A stretch of DNA of 63,701 nucleotides, the filler included, from Perkinsus chesapeaki ATCC PRA-425 (Eukaryota; Protista; Perkinsozoa): the NCBI GenBank assembly GCA_013115145.1. It is 7 parts of 7 records of this genome, joined end to end, with 100 filler letters (N's around TTAATTAATTAA, not from the genome) between each part and the next. Parts side by side here need not be neighbours in the genome. Positions count along the whole stretch, not along the records: positions 14,532 to 29,869 come from JAAPAO010000728.1; positions 29,970 to 35,183 come from JAAPAO010001180.1; positions 35,284 to 41,582 come from JAAPAO010001098.1; 4 more parts are not named here. One strand, written 5' to 3'. The stretch's first letter is position 1; each line of letters starts with the position of its first letter. A model generated the notes under the pieces. That model was not told the origin of the DNA. It saw only the letters and a list, made by a program, of their open reading frames with translations, and did not search any database. The position numbers were made by a program, and so were the translations under genes. Positions 27,021 to 36,706 of the stretch are shown in pieces.

Positions 27021-27916
27021 AGAGCGAACCAGTGAAAATGCGCGCACGATGATTCACAGTAGTTATCGGTGCATACCGATCCGACGGTAAAATTTTGGAA
27101 CGCTGGGTGCCGCTGCTGCTGCTGCTCAGTGTCTATTTAGCGCCGGTTATCAACTTATTTTAATACAACCGATTTCACTGGTAACATTATCATGATACTG
27201 AAATGGTCACGAAGTCATTAAAAGCATTATCATCACTACGACAAGGTATCGAACGGTGGACTAGCTGCTGAGATGCAAGTCGCATGGCTCACAGTGTACC
27301 CGTTAGATTCAAGTATGTTGGCGAGGTATTGCTGCTCAGAGCTGTTAACCCCGTCTTGATGCGTAAGGGAAACGGTCATTTGTGCCGCAGCCGATGCTAA
27401 GCTATGTAGTAAGCTGAATAAAATGGTGTTTGGTAGGCTAAAAGAGGATATAACAGAGCTCCTTCCGGCAGACGACGACCACTTGAGGATGACTATAACA
27501 GGCAATCAAGGTGATAACCAAGTGACGAGGGGCAAATTCCCCCAACGAGCTTCACGTTTGGCACTAGGGACTGATTCCCTATTAATTACTAGTAATAGAG
27601 AAATAGAGCCTTACTTAATAATGAGCAATGAAGCACTATCTGATAATGAGCAATAAATAATGATTACCAATGACACATTAAGCAACTATCACTGCCCCAC
27701 AAACTCCATAGAGACCAACACACAGTAGCGATTACCGACATATCCCCCAATCCCTCCAGACCTGGACCGTCACCACAATCTGTTATCACTAAATATAACA
27801 CCACACAGTGATTAGAGCCCAGAAGCCATTTCAATGGTTCAGCCCACCCAACAAAAGCCGATTCTGTTAGCAGCATCGTCAGCAAGTATTAGGGAACCTT
27901 TTGTAACCACTACTAC

Positions 27917-28677
27917 TTACTGAGAACCGATGAAACGATCCAAGGAGCCCTTGGAGGAGAGCCATTGGACGTGAGCTCCCATAGGGATCAAACGGCCCAT
28001 GGCCTTGTACTTCTGGTACTCCTCCTTGGTGAAGCGAGTGAAGCCCCAGTTGTGAGAAACATGGATCTTCTGACGGCCAGGAATCTTAAACTTGGCACGT
28101 CTCAGAGCCTCGACGGCGATCTGCTCCTTATCCAACCTGGTACGGATGGAAATGAGCACCTGGCCGATGTTAACACGAGCACAGGTACCGTTGGGCTTGC
28201 CGTAGGCACCACGCATACCGGTCTGGAGCCTAAAAAGAAAACTCATCACATACTGCCACACACATAGCCCACAGTTTTACCTATCGGCACCAGCACAGGA
28301 AAGCATCTTATTGATACGAAGAACGTGATAAGGATGTACACGAATCCTCATATGGAAACCTTCCTTACCGGCCCAACGAAGCATGTAACGGTTGGCGGCA
28401 ACACGAGCAGCTTCTAAAGCCTCAGAGGAGACCTAAAAACGTGAAGAAGAATACAATTGACACCACAAAGAAAATAGAGAATGAATTGCACCCAAATTAC
28501 CTGCTCGTATTCGTCAGAAACCATATGGACGGCGGCGGGGAACTCATCGACGCTGGCGGTCTTGTAACCGACATCGTAGATTCTGATCTTGGGATCGGGG
28601 ACACCCCTGCAGAATCTGCTCTTGGGGTAGGGCTTGTTCTTGCAATAGCGATAGCAACGAGCTGGGCGGCGACCCAT
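27917..28677 (-). CDS. rpl10: 60S ribosomal protein L10 (uL16/QM), 3 exons: 28677-28501, 28432-28281, 28229-27917
   Basis: [35 protein letters not shown]; SSEALEAAR; [33 protein letters not shown]; canonical GT-AG introns. Confidence 0.98.
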
Positions 28678-29049
28678 GATTGAAATTTAACAACCAGGCT
28701 AAAGGTCTGAGAAAAGCCTTGCTACAGGCATCATTCCAGCTTATCGATCATCTGATCGATCTCTGCTATTCATTTGTAAAAAGCGCGCGCCCGAAATTCA
28801 GAAAGATCCTCACGAACACGCGCAAGTGAACTTCGACGAGGGATTGACGAGCCGTGGCCACCTTTGTGAGTTGGTTCCGAGTGTTCATCGTAGGCTACAG
28901 AGAATCGCAGACGCGGCAACGCAGCACTTGTAATTTTTCTGGTGAATAAGCTTGCTTAAGTATCATATTCGCTGAAAACACTGTCTAGCTCGGAGATGAT
29001 CTATAGAACGATCGCGTTCCGGAATTGCATAGTCAAGTGGAACGTTGAA

Positions 29050-29705
29050 ATGGCGACGGAAACGACGATCGATTTGCCCCAAGAGCTAGTCGACGACTAC
29101 TGCAAGGCATTCGCCCTCGTCGATAGATCCGGACAAGGTGCGAATCTTTTGAAAATAAGGAAGATACTATCTCAGGCATTATCACACCTTACGAGCTCGG
29201 AGCACTGATGCGGTCAGTGGGCCATTCACCGAGCGAAATGGAACTCAAGGAGATTCTTGAGGATTACGACCTGTGCAATAGAGATGGTGTCACAGTGGAT
29301 GAATTCCTCGAAGTAAACTTGACATTCATCTTTGCATAGATGACCGAATTACCAAGTACAATGCAATAACGCCAGAGTGGCTATTAAGGAGGGTCATAGG
29401 CCTATATCTCTCTAGCGTATCTGTTACAAATATAACATAAGTTACTACTTCCCGAAGGGAAGTGAGTCACCATCGTTGAACCACATGAATATAGCGCCAA
29501 CACATTGGTGATTGCTGCGATCAGATTATGAGCAAACGAGAGAACTCTGTGGAGCTGCGAAAGGGCCTCTTACGAGCCTTCAAGGTCAGCCGTCGGCTAT
29601 CGCTTCGGCTTGCTAATGAGTATTCAGCTTTTTGACCGAGACGGTAACGGTTTCATCTCCGTTGAAGAACTCAGGGAGAGTCTGTGCTCTACAGGCGATA
29701 ATCCG
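29050..29705 (+). CDS. Calmodulin-like EF-hand protein (3' end lost at gap)
   Basis: AFALVDRSGQG|IITPYELGALMRSVGHSPSEMELKEIL; AFK|LFDRDGNGFISVEELRESL; fourth EF-hand not seen before the gap at 29870. Confidence 0.8.
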
Positions 29706-30153
29706 TAAGGCTAGCATAGAGAAATGTGAAATATTGCAAAGGGAATTTATTTGGTCCGCCTTCTTGCACTAGTAACATATTTCCTATCAATATTTTCTAT
29801 CAAACTCCTTTCTATTATATCTCCTCCTCCGTATCACTAGTAACATATTTCCTATCAAACTCCTTTCTANNNNNNNNNNNNNNNNNNNNNNNNNNNNNNN
29901 NNNNNNNNNNNNNTTAATTAATTAANNNNNNNNNNNNNNNNNNNNNNNNNNNNNNNNNNNNNNNNNNNNGCATATTGAGCCTGCTGTTTCCAGGCTTTGT
30001 CCGGTTTGGCTCGCCCCGTCCAGTGCGATCATCGCACCGCTCCCATCTGCAACCCAAACGCAAAGGCGCAAAAATTATCCGAAAATTATCTAGGCCTTGA
30101 GAGGTGGCCATACTACGCCACTGTCCGACGCGGCCCATAGGTAGAGGTTCCGA

Positions 30154-31173
30154 CTAGGACTCCTGAGTTGATCCACTCATCATGGCTGCGCTTAGCTTAA
30201 GACGCTTCGGTAGGGAGGCGCCTACCAGATACTTCTTGATGGCATTGCTTCTTCATCTCCCATGTTCCATCATAGTGTGCTTTCTGACTCCTGCATCAAA
30301 GCACAACTGACATCCGGTCCTGCGCAGGCTATGCAGACCGTATTCATCTGCATCTACACTGCTCACTCCAATTTCGGTCAGCATCGCTCTGAAATCTTTC
30401 ATTAGATCTTCGTAGGTGATTCGCTCTCCACCGTTGGTGAACAACGGCAGTTCCTGAAGAGGGCTGGTTCGGCTTCCGTCTGCGGGCAGCAAGTGCTGCT
30501 TCCTCAGGAGACGGTGGTAGGCACAGTAGGGAACACAGTCATCGCTGTCTGGGTGGTTCTCGACACAGGATATAACTACCTCTTCCCCCCTGCCAGCCTG
30601 ATCTGTTTTGCTCTCTCGAATGCTCAGCGTGATTGCCTTTACCTCGAGCGTGCTTTCGATCGTCACATCGCCCACATTGAGTGCCAGTAGCTCGTCCGGG
30701 CGGAGCATTCCAAAGACTCCGGTGAGGATCGCGGTGGTGTTGTCTCCTCGTAGGGCGTGGTCTAGCTCGCCGATTTTGATCACCTGGAGACGACTTAGGG
30801 GTCGCATTTGCTTCGTTTCATCGGTCGTCAGCTTTGCTGCAGCGCGTCTCGCCATCTTGATTTGGAACTCGTCCAGCTTCGAGAGACTGTAGCCATAGCT
30901 GCTGTTTCGGGTGCTTATGGAACTTATGTAGCTTGAGATGGTGCTGTACTTGTAGCCTGCATTGCACATACTCATGGTGAAGAGCGCCACGCTACGGCCT
31001 GTTACGGGGAAGGGCTCTAAAGCCGCAGAGACCACCTCTCTATAGAAACTCTCTACAGAGTCGTACTGTTGAATAGTCGAGGTTGAGTGACCCGAGCGTA
31101 TGAACCGGTTTATATTATCAGCCAACATGTCGTGTTTGGTCTCACAAATGAAGCCGGTGGCCAGACGTCTCAT
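30154..31173 (-). pseudogene. Tyrosine recombinase of the retrotransposon, interrupted by TGA at 30253-30255
   Basis: MLRPDEL (R), ESKTDQ (K), HSLRRTG (HxxR), HGR*RSNAIKKYL (H-G-R-W...Y); frame continues to TAG at 30154-30156. Confidence 0.85.
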
Positions 31174-31494
31174 CTCCTTACGGCTCCCCCCCTTTAGGGA
31201 GGCGTCTGCCGCGGTTGGCTTATGACCTGAGGCACGTAGCCTAATACATTTAAGCTAAAGATTGTACAGGGATTGTATCTCAAATTTGAGCGTCAACACT
31301 AAAATTGGTAAGGTCGAGCACGGCTCGAAGGGCCGTCGGGGCAAAGAGCTAAGTGAGTTGCACATTAACCTGGAATTTTTTCGGGAGAGCGCATCTCCGC
31401 AAGAAGAACACCACCCTGGGTATGACGGTGAGAAACTTGGAAAGCCTATATGGCATAGTTGAGTGAGGATGAAAAGATAGTACCGACTGATAGC

Positions 31495-33711
31495 CTAGGA
31501 GTAGATAAGCTGAGATACATCACTCCACTGTTCCCATGATGACGGCAGAAACGCTTCTGGTCGAGGGCTCCTACTGATGAGGTCCGCTGCCTTGTTTTCT
31601 TCGGATGGAATATAGTCGACAGACCACTGGTAGCAAACCTTGGCCAAGTCGCCAGCTGCCTTCTTCAGAATAGCATTAACTCGAGGGGTTTTAGACTTCA
31701 GCTTGCGCAGAGCAGCCACCGTACCGGAGTTATCAGAGTAGAAAGTGAAAGGCGTTCTGTTGGAGATGCATCGGTCAAAGAACTGGAGACCCATTCTCAG
31801 TGTCATCGCAGCAGCTATGGTTTCCAGCACAACCATATCATCCGAGAGGGCTTTGTTGTTAAAAGTGAGCAACTCGCGGAAACTACCAAGGTTGGCAGTT
31901 TCAACAATATCTAGTCTGTACCAGACAACTCTGTTGCCCCTAGCTGCCCAACCTCCGAGGCCAGTAGTGGAGGCGTCCGAGGCCAAGCTGATAGCATCCC
32001 TATCCTTAGGTGGTAAAATAGGTAAGTTAAGGCGGAAAGGGTCCCTGCTCGGGGCGTTGTCCGACTCAATCACATTGAGCCACCACGAGGCCGCTTCAAA
32101 GAGGGCGGACGACTCAGAGATACGGAGGGACTTGAGACCCTTCCGATTCGCCATCTTTAGGGCCGAGTAGAGGCTCGCCAAGTAAGGGCGGGTAAAAGGG
32201 CACGCCATAGATACCCAATTTAGTTTCCCTGCAACTTGTTCTATCAGCTTAACGGAGCATGGGATATCTCTCCGCATAATAGAGCGCAAGCCTTCACTAA
32301 TCTTCTCGAGTTTGTCGATCGGTATGTGGATGTGTGGGAATTCACGGCTAATATCCACCTCATAGCCGATAAACTTGAAGCGTTGCGTGAGCAAAATACA
32401 CTTGTTCCAGGCAATGGACAGGCCAACCAGTGGCAGAAGGAGTAGAATTCTGACCAAAATTGGGAGAGCCAAGGCGGCCGCCAGTAACCATGCGGAGTCA
32501 TCAATGTAAATGAGCCCTCTCGCTGCTGGGACACTGCGAACACGTTTCTTAGCGAGTTCTTTTAGCCAAAACTCAAGCAATTCGGCAAGCTTATGCTGGG
32601 AGCGTAGCATCTTACTTGATAATCGACAAAAGTTCCAGCATGAAGATGGCGCCCCAAAGGGCATGGCCAGATTCTCGAAGTACGCATCCCTTGTTTTGAA
32701 GCAGCAGTAGCTTCGGTCCTGTGGATCTATATAGAGGTGCCTATAGGCACCTTCGATATCAGCCACGGCTCCCATGTGGGGAACATAGACCCCCTCATCA
32801 TCATAAGACATCCTCTTAATGAGTGACACCAAATCGGACAGAGAAGGTAGAGTAACTCGCTCATGGAGGTTTATACACGAGTTTGTACCACTCTTTTTTA
32901 AGTCCTCCACTAAGCGATATGCTACCGGGCAGCCCGAGTCATCCAACTTCTTAGGGATCGCCGCTAGCTTGGAGAAGACTCGGCCGTCTGCGGCTTCTTC
33001 GGCGCTAAGAGTGCGAACTCTGCCCAGTAATAGTTCCTTCTCTACGAGCTCCTCCACGGCGTCGCTAGCCTCGCGAGCGCTGCTATAATTATCGTAAAAA
33101 GGATTGGTATGCAGTGGTTCAGGTAGGCTGTCGGCCGTTCTTGTGTCGCGGGCGGGAAAGACGCCCGACACGGAGAGATCCGAGGAGATGCCCATGCTAA
33201 CTCCTCGATCCAGTTCTTGTGCCAGCTTAGGATCACGGCCTTCGTCGAGGAGTTCTGTGATGAGCCGTACCATATCGGGGTATAGTGGGCCACCAACAGA
33301 GGCTTTATTAGAATGGAAAGAAGGGAGCACATCCGTGATGTTCTTCCTCAGGGACGTAGCTGCATTATCGAAAGCATCAGATAGCTGTGGTATCATTGCG
33401 TCGCGGATTCTCCCATCAGGACCGAGTGACTCGTAGACCAGGTGCTCAAGTTGAAAGGATTTCACCACCTCGTCCATCTGGGAGAGCAACAGTATCTCTT
33501 CAGGCGACGGGTGGGCGGGCTCAGGACATGGCGAGGGCAGTCTCGCCGAGATACCGGAGCCGTCTTGGAAAGAATGTAGCTCGTCTATCTGGGGAGCAAA
33601 GTCGATCAGCCAGGGCTTATGAGGATCACCACAGTTAGGTTCGTGAGAGCCGGGGGCGCGCTTATCATGAGGAGTTAGGGCGCCTGAAGAGAACGGCTCA
33701 GCAGCGGGCAT
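31495..33711 (-). CDS. Reverse transcriptase-RNase H of the YR retrotransposon
   Basis: 738-aa ORF; AIPKK..YRLVEDL, VADIEGAYRHL, MPFGAPSS, YIDD; RNase H SDAS, LETIAA, YSDN, EENKAADLISR. Confidence 0.93.
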   Translation of the reverse strand: MPAAEPFSSGALTPHDKRAPGSHEPNCGDPHKPWLIDFAPQIDELHSFQDGSGISARLPSPCPEPAHPSPEEILLLSQMDEVVKSFQLEHLVYESLGPDGRIRDAMIPQLSDAFDNAATSLRKNITDVLPSFHSNKASVGGPLYPDMVRLITELLDEGRDPKLAQELDRGVSMGISSDLSVSGVFPARDTRTADSLPEPLHTNPFYDNYSSAREASDAVEELVEKELLLGRVRTLSAEEAADGRVFSKLAAIPKKLDDSGCPVAYRLVEDLKKSGTNSCINLHERVTLPSLSDLVSLIKRMSYDDEGVYVPHMGAVADIEGAYRHLYIDPQDRSYCCFKTRDAYFENLAMPFGAPSSCWNFCRLSSKMLRSQHKLAELLEFWLKELAKKRVRSVPAARGLIYIDDSAWLLAAALALPILVRILLLLPLVGLSIAWNKCILLTQRFKFIGYEVDISREFPHIHIPIDKLEKISEGLRSIMRRDIPCSVKLIEQVAGKLNWVSMACPFTRPYLASLYSALKMANRKGLKSLRISESSALFEAASWWLNVIESDNAPSRDPFRLNLPILPPKDRDAISLASDASTTGLGGWAARGNRVVWYRLDIVETANLGSFRELLTFNNKALSDDMVVLETIAAAMTLRMGLQFFDRCISNRTPFTFYSDNSGTVAALRKLKSKTPRVNAILKKAAGDLAKVCYQWSVDYIPSEENKAADLISRSPRPEAFLPSSWEQWSDVSQLIYS

Positions 33712-33930
33712 CTGGATACAGACGAACTAAGGCCAAGAAAGGCGGGCTGTTGGGTCACCCGACTCGGGTGAGGGTCTAGAGAGCGGCAAAGGCCGAGGCG
33801 GTTACTATCGCGCCGAAAACTGCGGCGAAGCCAAGACTTGAAAATTAACCAACGCAGATAGCCGACAGGCTACGTGGAAGACAGAAATAAAAATTGAGAC
33901 GGTCCCGAGTTACTTCATGTCTTAGGGAGT

Positions 33931-35028
33931 CTAGGAAGAAGTAGCATCTTTACCTGAGTGCCGCTTCGAATCTAGCTTCTTGTTGGCCTGAGGTTCCGGT
34001 CTGGAATATGGGCCGGTACGAGACGCCGACGAGGTCTTCCGGTCGTCTAGAGTGTGTGCGAAACGGCACTTATCACCGCGGTCGCAGTTCCCCTCGAGGA
34101 AGTGGAAGCAGACACCTCGTTTGCCACGGGGCTTGTGGTCCTGGCGGCCGCGATTACCAGTAACTTTGGAGATGGTTGCGTCGGCTAATGCGCTACCTAG
34201 GGTCGTCGGAGAAGCATCTTCTCGGAAAGCACCGGACAGAGAGATTCTGCCGCTCGCATGAAGGATAGCAACAGCTTCACGGTAGCGCAAGTCATAGCTG
34301 ATAACCCCCTCAAGCTTGAGTGCGGGAAGGAGGTCAGTCAGTCTGCGAAAATATATTAAGAAGTCTACAAAGGTAACATTCTTAGAGTCGGTTTTAGGTG
34401 GGTGCATCGCCACAAACATAGTCATCCATCTCAGGAAGCACGTAGTAAAGGATGAAAAATCGGTAATCTTACTTTTAGGTGACACCTCTTCGGTGGTAAC
34501 CAGGTCCAGATTATCGGTGACGGTGAGCTTATGCTTGCTTCCCCTTTTCGCACCATCCAAAGCCGGTGAGAATTCTTCCAAGTTCATGGTCAGCGCGTCG
34601 GTGACCCTTCTCATCTTGCTGATAACTGTAGTCCTCGAAGTTACTAAAGATGCATCAGGAGAGCTACCATACTTGTCTGTCATGGCAACCAAGTGCAGAG
34701 CTAAGTCTTCAACCTGTTTCTTGCCATCCTTGTCATCGACTCTTGCGGTAGCTCGGTTGAACAGTGTGCCCAGCACAACTTGATCACAGAGTTCCAAGCC
34801 ATCAGAAATGGCCTTTCGTACGGCGGCGTCGTGGGCGGCGGTGATAGCAGTCTCAACTGTGTGGACACCGCATTGGGATAGGCGTTCAAAAACACGCTGG
34901 CAGCCGGGCGCGTCTAGGCCCGCCGCTAAACTCAATAATTCTTCGTCGGTTCTCCTAGGAGTGGCCGTCACTGCTTCTTTGGGATCACCGCTTCCTGATG
35001 ACTTAGCGGGCGGGTCATTAGCTGTCAT
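33931..35028 (-). CDS. Gag-like ORF1 of the YR retrotransposon, with C-terminal CCCH zinc finger
   Basis: 365-aa ORF; CFHFLEGNCDRGDKCRFAH (C-x7-C-x5-C-x3-H); ISYDLRYREAVA segment typical of DIRS-order gag (recalled); lies upstream of RT. Confidence 0.75.
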   Translation of the reverse strand: MTANDPPAKSSGSGDPKEAVTATPRRTDEELLSLAAGLDAPGCQRVFERLSQCGVHTVETAITAAHDAAVRKAISDGLELCDQVVLGTLFNRATARVDDKDGKKQVEDLALHLVAMTDKYGSSPDASLVTSRTTVISKMRRVTDALTMNLEEFSPALDGAKRGSKHKLTVTDNLDLVTTEEVSPKSKITDFSSFTTCFLRWMTMFVAMHPPKTDSKNVTFVDFLIYFRRLTDLLPALKLEGVISYDLRYREAVAILHASGRISLSGAFREDASPTTLGSALADATISKVTGNRGRQDHKPRGKRGVCFHFLEGNCDRGDKCRFAHTLDDRKTSSASRTGPYSRPEPQANKKLDSKRHSGKDATSS

Positions 35029-35626
35029 TATTGGGAGGAGGGTTAACTGCTTGGGGAAAAAGCTTCAGAAACTGACTGGAGTCAAACTACCAACACTCAA
35101 GGGCCCCCCAAAAAAAGACGGCGTTTCGGCCCGTATCAGACGGAGACTCTCCTTTCCTCGTGGCTTACACTCAAGGTGACTCANNNNNNNNNNNNNNNNN
35201 NNNNNNNNNNNNNNNNNNNNNNNNNNNTTAATTAATTAANNNNNNNNNNNNNNNNNNNNNNNNNNNNNNNNNNNNNNNNNNNNCTCGAAGCACCGTATCT
35301 TTCTGCAATTGCATGCACAGCGCACTAGGATTGTGTCACGCGTGCACGCGACGTGCTGTCCGTGCACGCGTGCCGCTTATTGACGACCACAACTAAACTT
35401 GTCTACTTCGTAAACCTCACATAAGCCTGAAGGTTAATACAGACGGTATTATACCGCTTCTTCGGGCGATAGGACTGCGGATCAAATGAGAATTCAATAA
35501 CTGTTCATGAGGCTCCGAGTAGCTTGACATACAGTTGTACGCTTTAACTGGGACTCGGGCATCTCTCGGACCATCGGCTCTAGTGGCCTACTCCGAGTAC
35601 ACTGATAAGAAATACTTGTTTTACTA

Positions 35627-36706
35627 TTATTGCTTGGCCTTAGTGAAGCCAATTCGATTTCTCTCCATGTCGAAATAAAAATAGTTCCCCAAGAAGGCGC
35701 TTTGTCCGAGAAAAACTCGGTCAAAATCGGTGAATTCTATGCGCAGGAGGCAGTCGTCGCCTCGGAACCTCAAAACTAGAGCTTCTGGGGTAATTTCAAG
35801 AGGCACTTTTTCGCCCCACAATCCTTCCACATAGAATGTCATCGATGGCAGGTTGTCCGCGTCCTTGCACGGAAAAAAGAAAGCCTTCCCTCGAGCCTGG
35901 ATGTCAATCTTCTTCTTGCCGGCGACTTTTAAGAAGCTGATAACTTGCCTTTGCCGTTTTTTGTTCATAAATATAGCGTCGGCACCAGTATCGAACGCCA
36001 CGTTATCGGTGATGTCGATCGAATATCTTGGATCACCGCCCAGTATTAGACCGCGAAGGCGTGCTGATTCCTCAGTTATGTTGACAATCTTGAAGAACTT
36101 CAGTGGGCCAGCTCGTTTTGTCGGATCCTCACCCCCTAATATAACCTCACCAGAATTACTGTCCGCCGTGTTGAGGTAAATCGAAAATGAGTTATCATCG
36201 ATGATATCTTTATCAGACAATTGCTGGACAATTGATTTGTAGTTTTCGTCTTCAGAAATCGCCAAACCGAACGACGACCAAACAAGAGAGATATTGCGAT
36301 TGAATCCGGCCACCAAACCAAAATCGAGTCGAGCAGATGTCCCATCACTGAGATCAAATACTCCCGAGTGAGGGAAGACGGAGACGACAGAGTCGTCATC
36401 GAAGGCGAAGTTTGTTATCTGACCTTGCTTGCAGGGCGAGACGCATTGATAGCAACCAAAGAAAAGATCCTCACAAACTCCACGACTCATTTCAAACCAT
36501 TGCTTCCAAACCAGTGATAGTAGGCTGGCACCGGTATCAACGACAGAGAAGAGAACTTGACCGTCGATAGTGAGTTTGACTACCAAATCCGAGCACGTTT
36601 GGGAGCTGTGAGTTCTTCTAATAGTCAAGTCCATTCTGACTAGCTTATCACCCTTGGCCACTGCTAATACGAACCAAACTATATAGCGGAAGCTCTGGCA
36701 GAACAT
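35627..36706 (-). CDS. Pepsin-family (A1) aspartic protease, intronless, paralog 1
   Basis: 359 aa; signal-like N-terminus; VVDTGAS and AFDTGAD catalytic motifs; GEVILGG; VFLGQSAFLGNYFYFDMERNRIGF. Confidence 0.92.
   Translation of the reverse strand: MFCQSFRYIVWFVLAVAKGDKLVRMDLTIRRTHSSQTCSDLVVKLTIDGQVLFSVVDTGASLLSLVWKQWFEMSRGVCEDLFFGCYQCVSPCKQGQITNFAFDDDSVVSVFPHSGVFDLSDGTSARLDFGLVAGFNRNISLVWSSFGLAISEDENYKSIVQQLSDKDIIDDNSFSIYLNTADSNSGEVILGGEDPTKRAGPLKFFKIVNITEESARLRGLILGGDPRYSIDITDNVAFDTGADAIFMNKKRQRQVISFLKVAGKKKIDIQARGKAFFFPCKDADNLPSMTFYVEGLWGEKVPLEITPEALVLRFRGDDCLLRIEFTDFDRVFLGQSAFLGNYFYFDMERNRIGFTKAKQ

Larger units (their letters stand above)
29970..35183 (-). mobile_element. Tyrosine-recombinase retrotransposon (DIRS order, Ngaro-like), both ends at gaps
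   Basis: Intronless gag - RT/RNaseH - YR ORFs in order on one strand; fills a whole contig. Confidence 0.9.

Noticed and set aside
29760-29869. Short imperfect repeats (CACTAGTAACATATTTCCTATCAA) as an element terminus
   Set aside because: Low-complexity sequence at a contig end with no counterpart at the other end of the retroelement
31745-34783. + strand ORFs overlapping the retrotransposon (and similar shadows over rpl10 and the mucins)
   Set aside because: Antisense shadows of real coding sequence with no independent motifs
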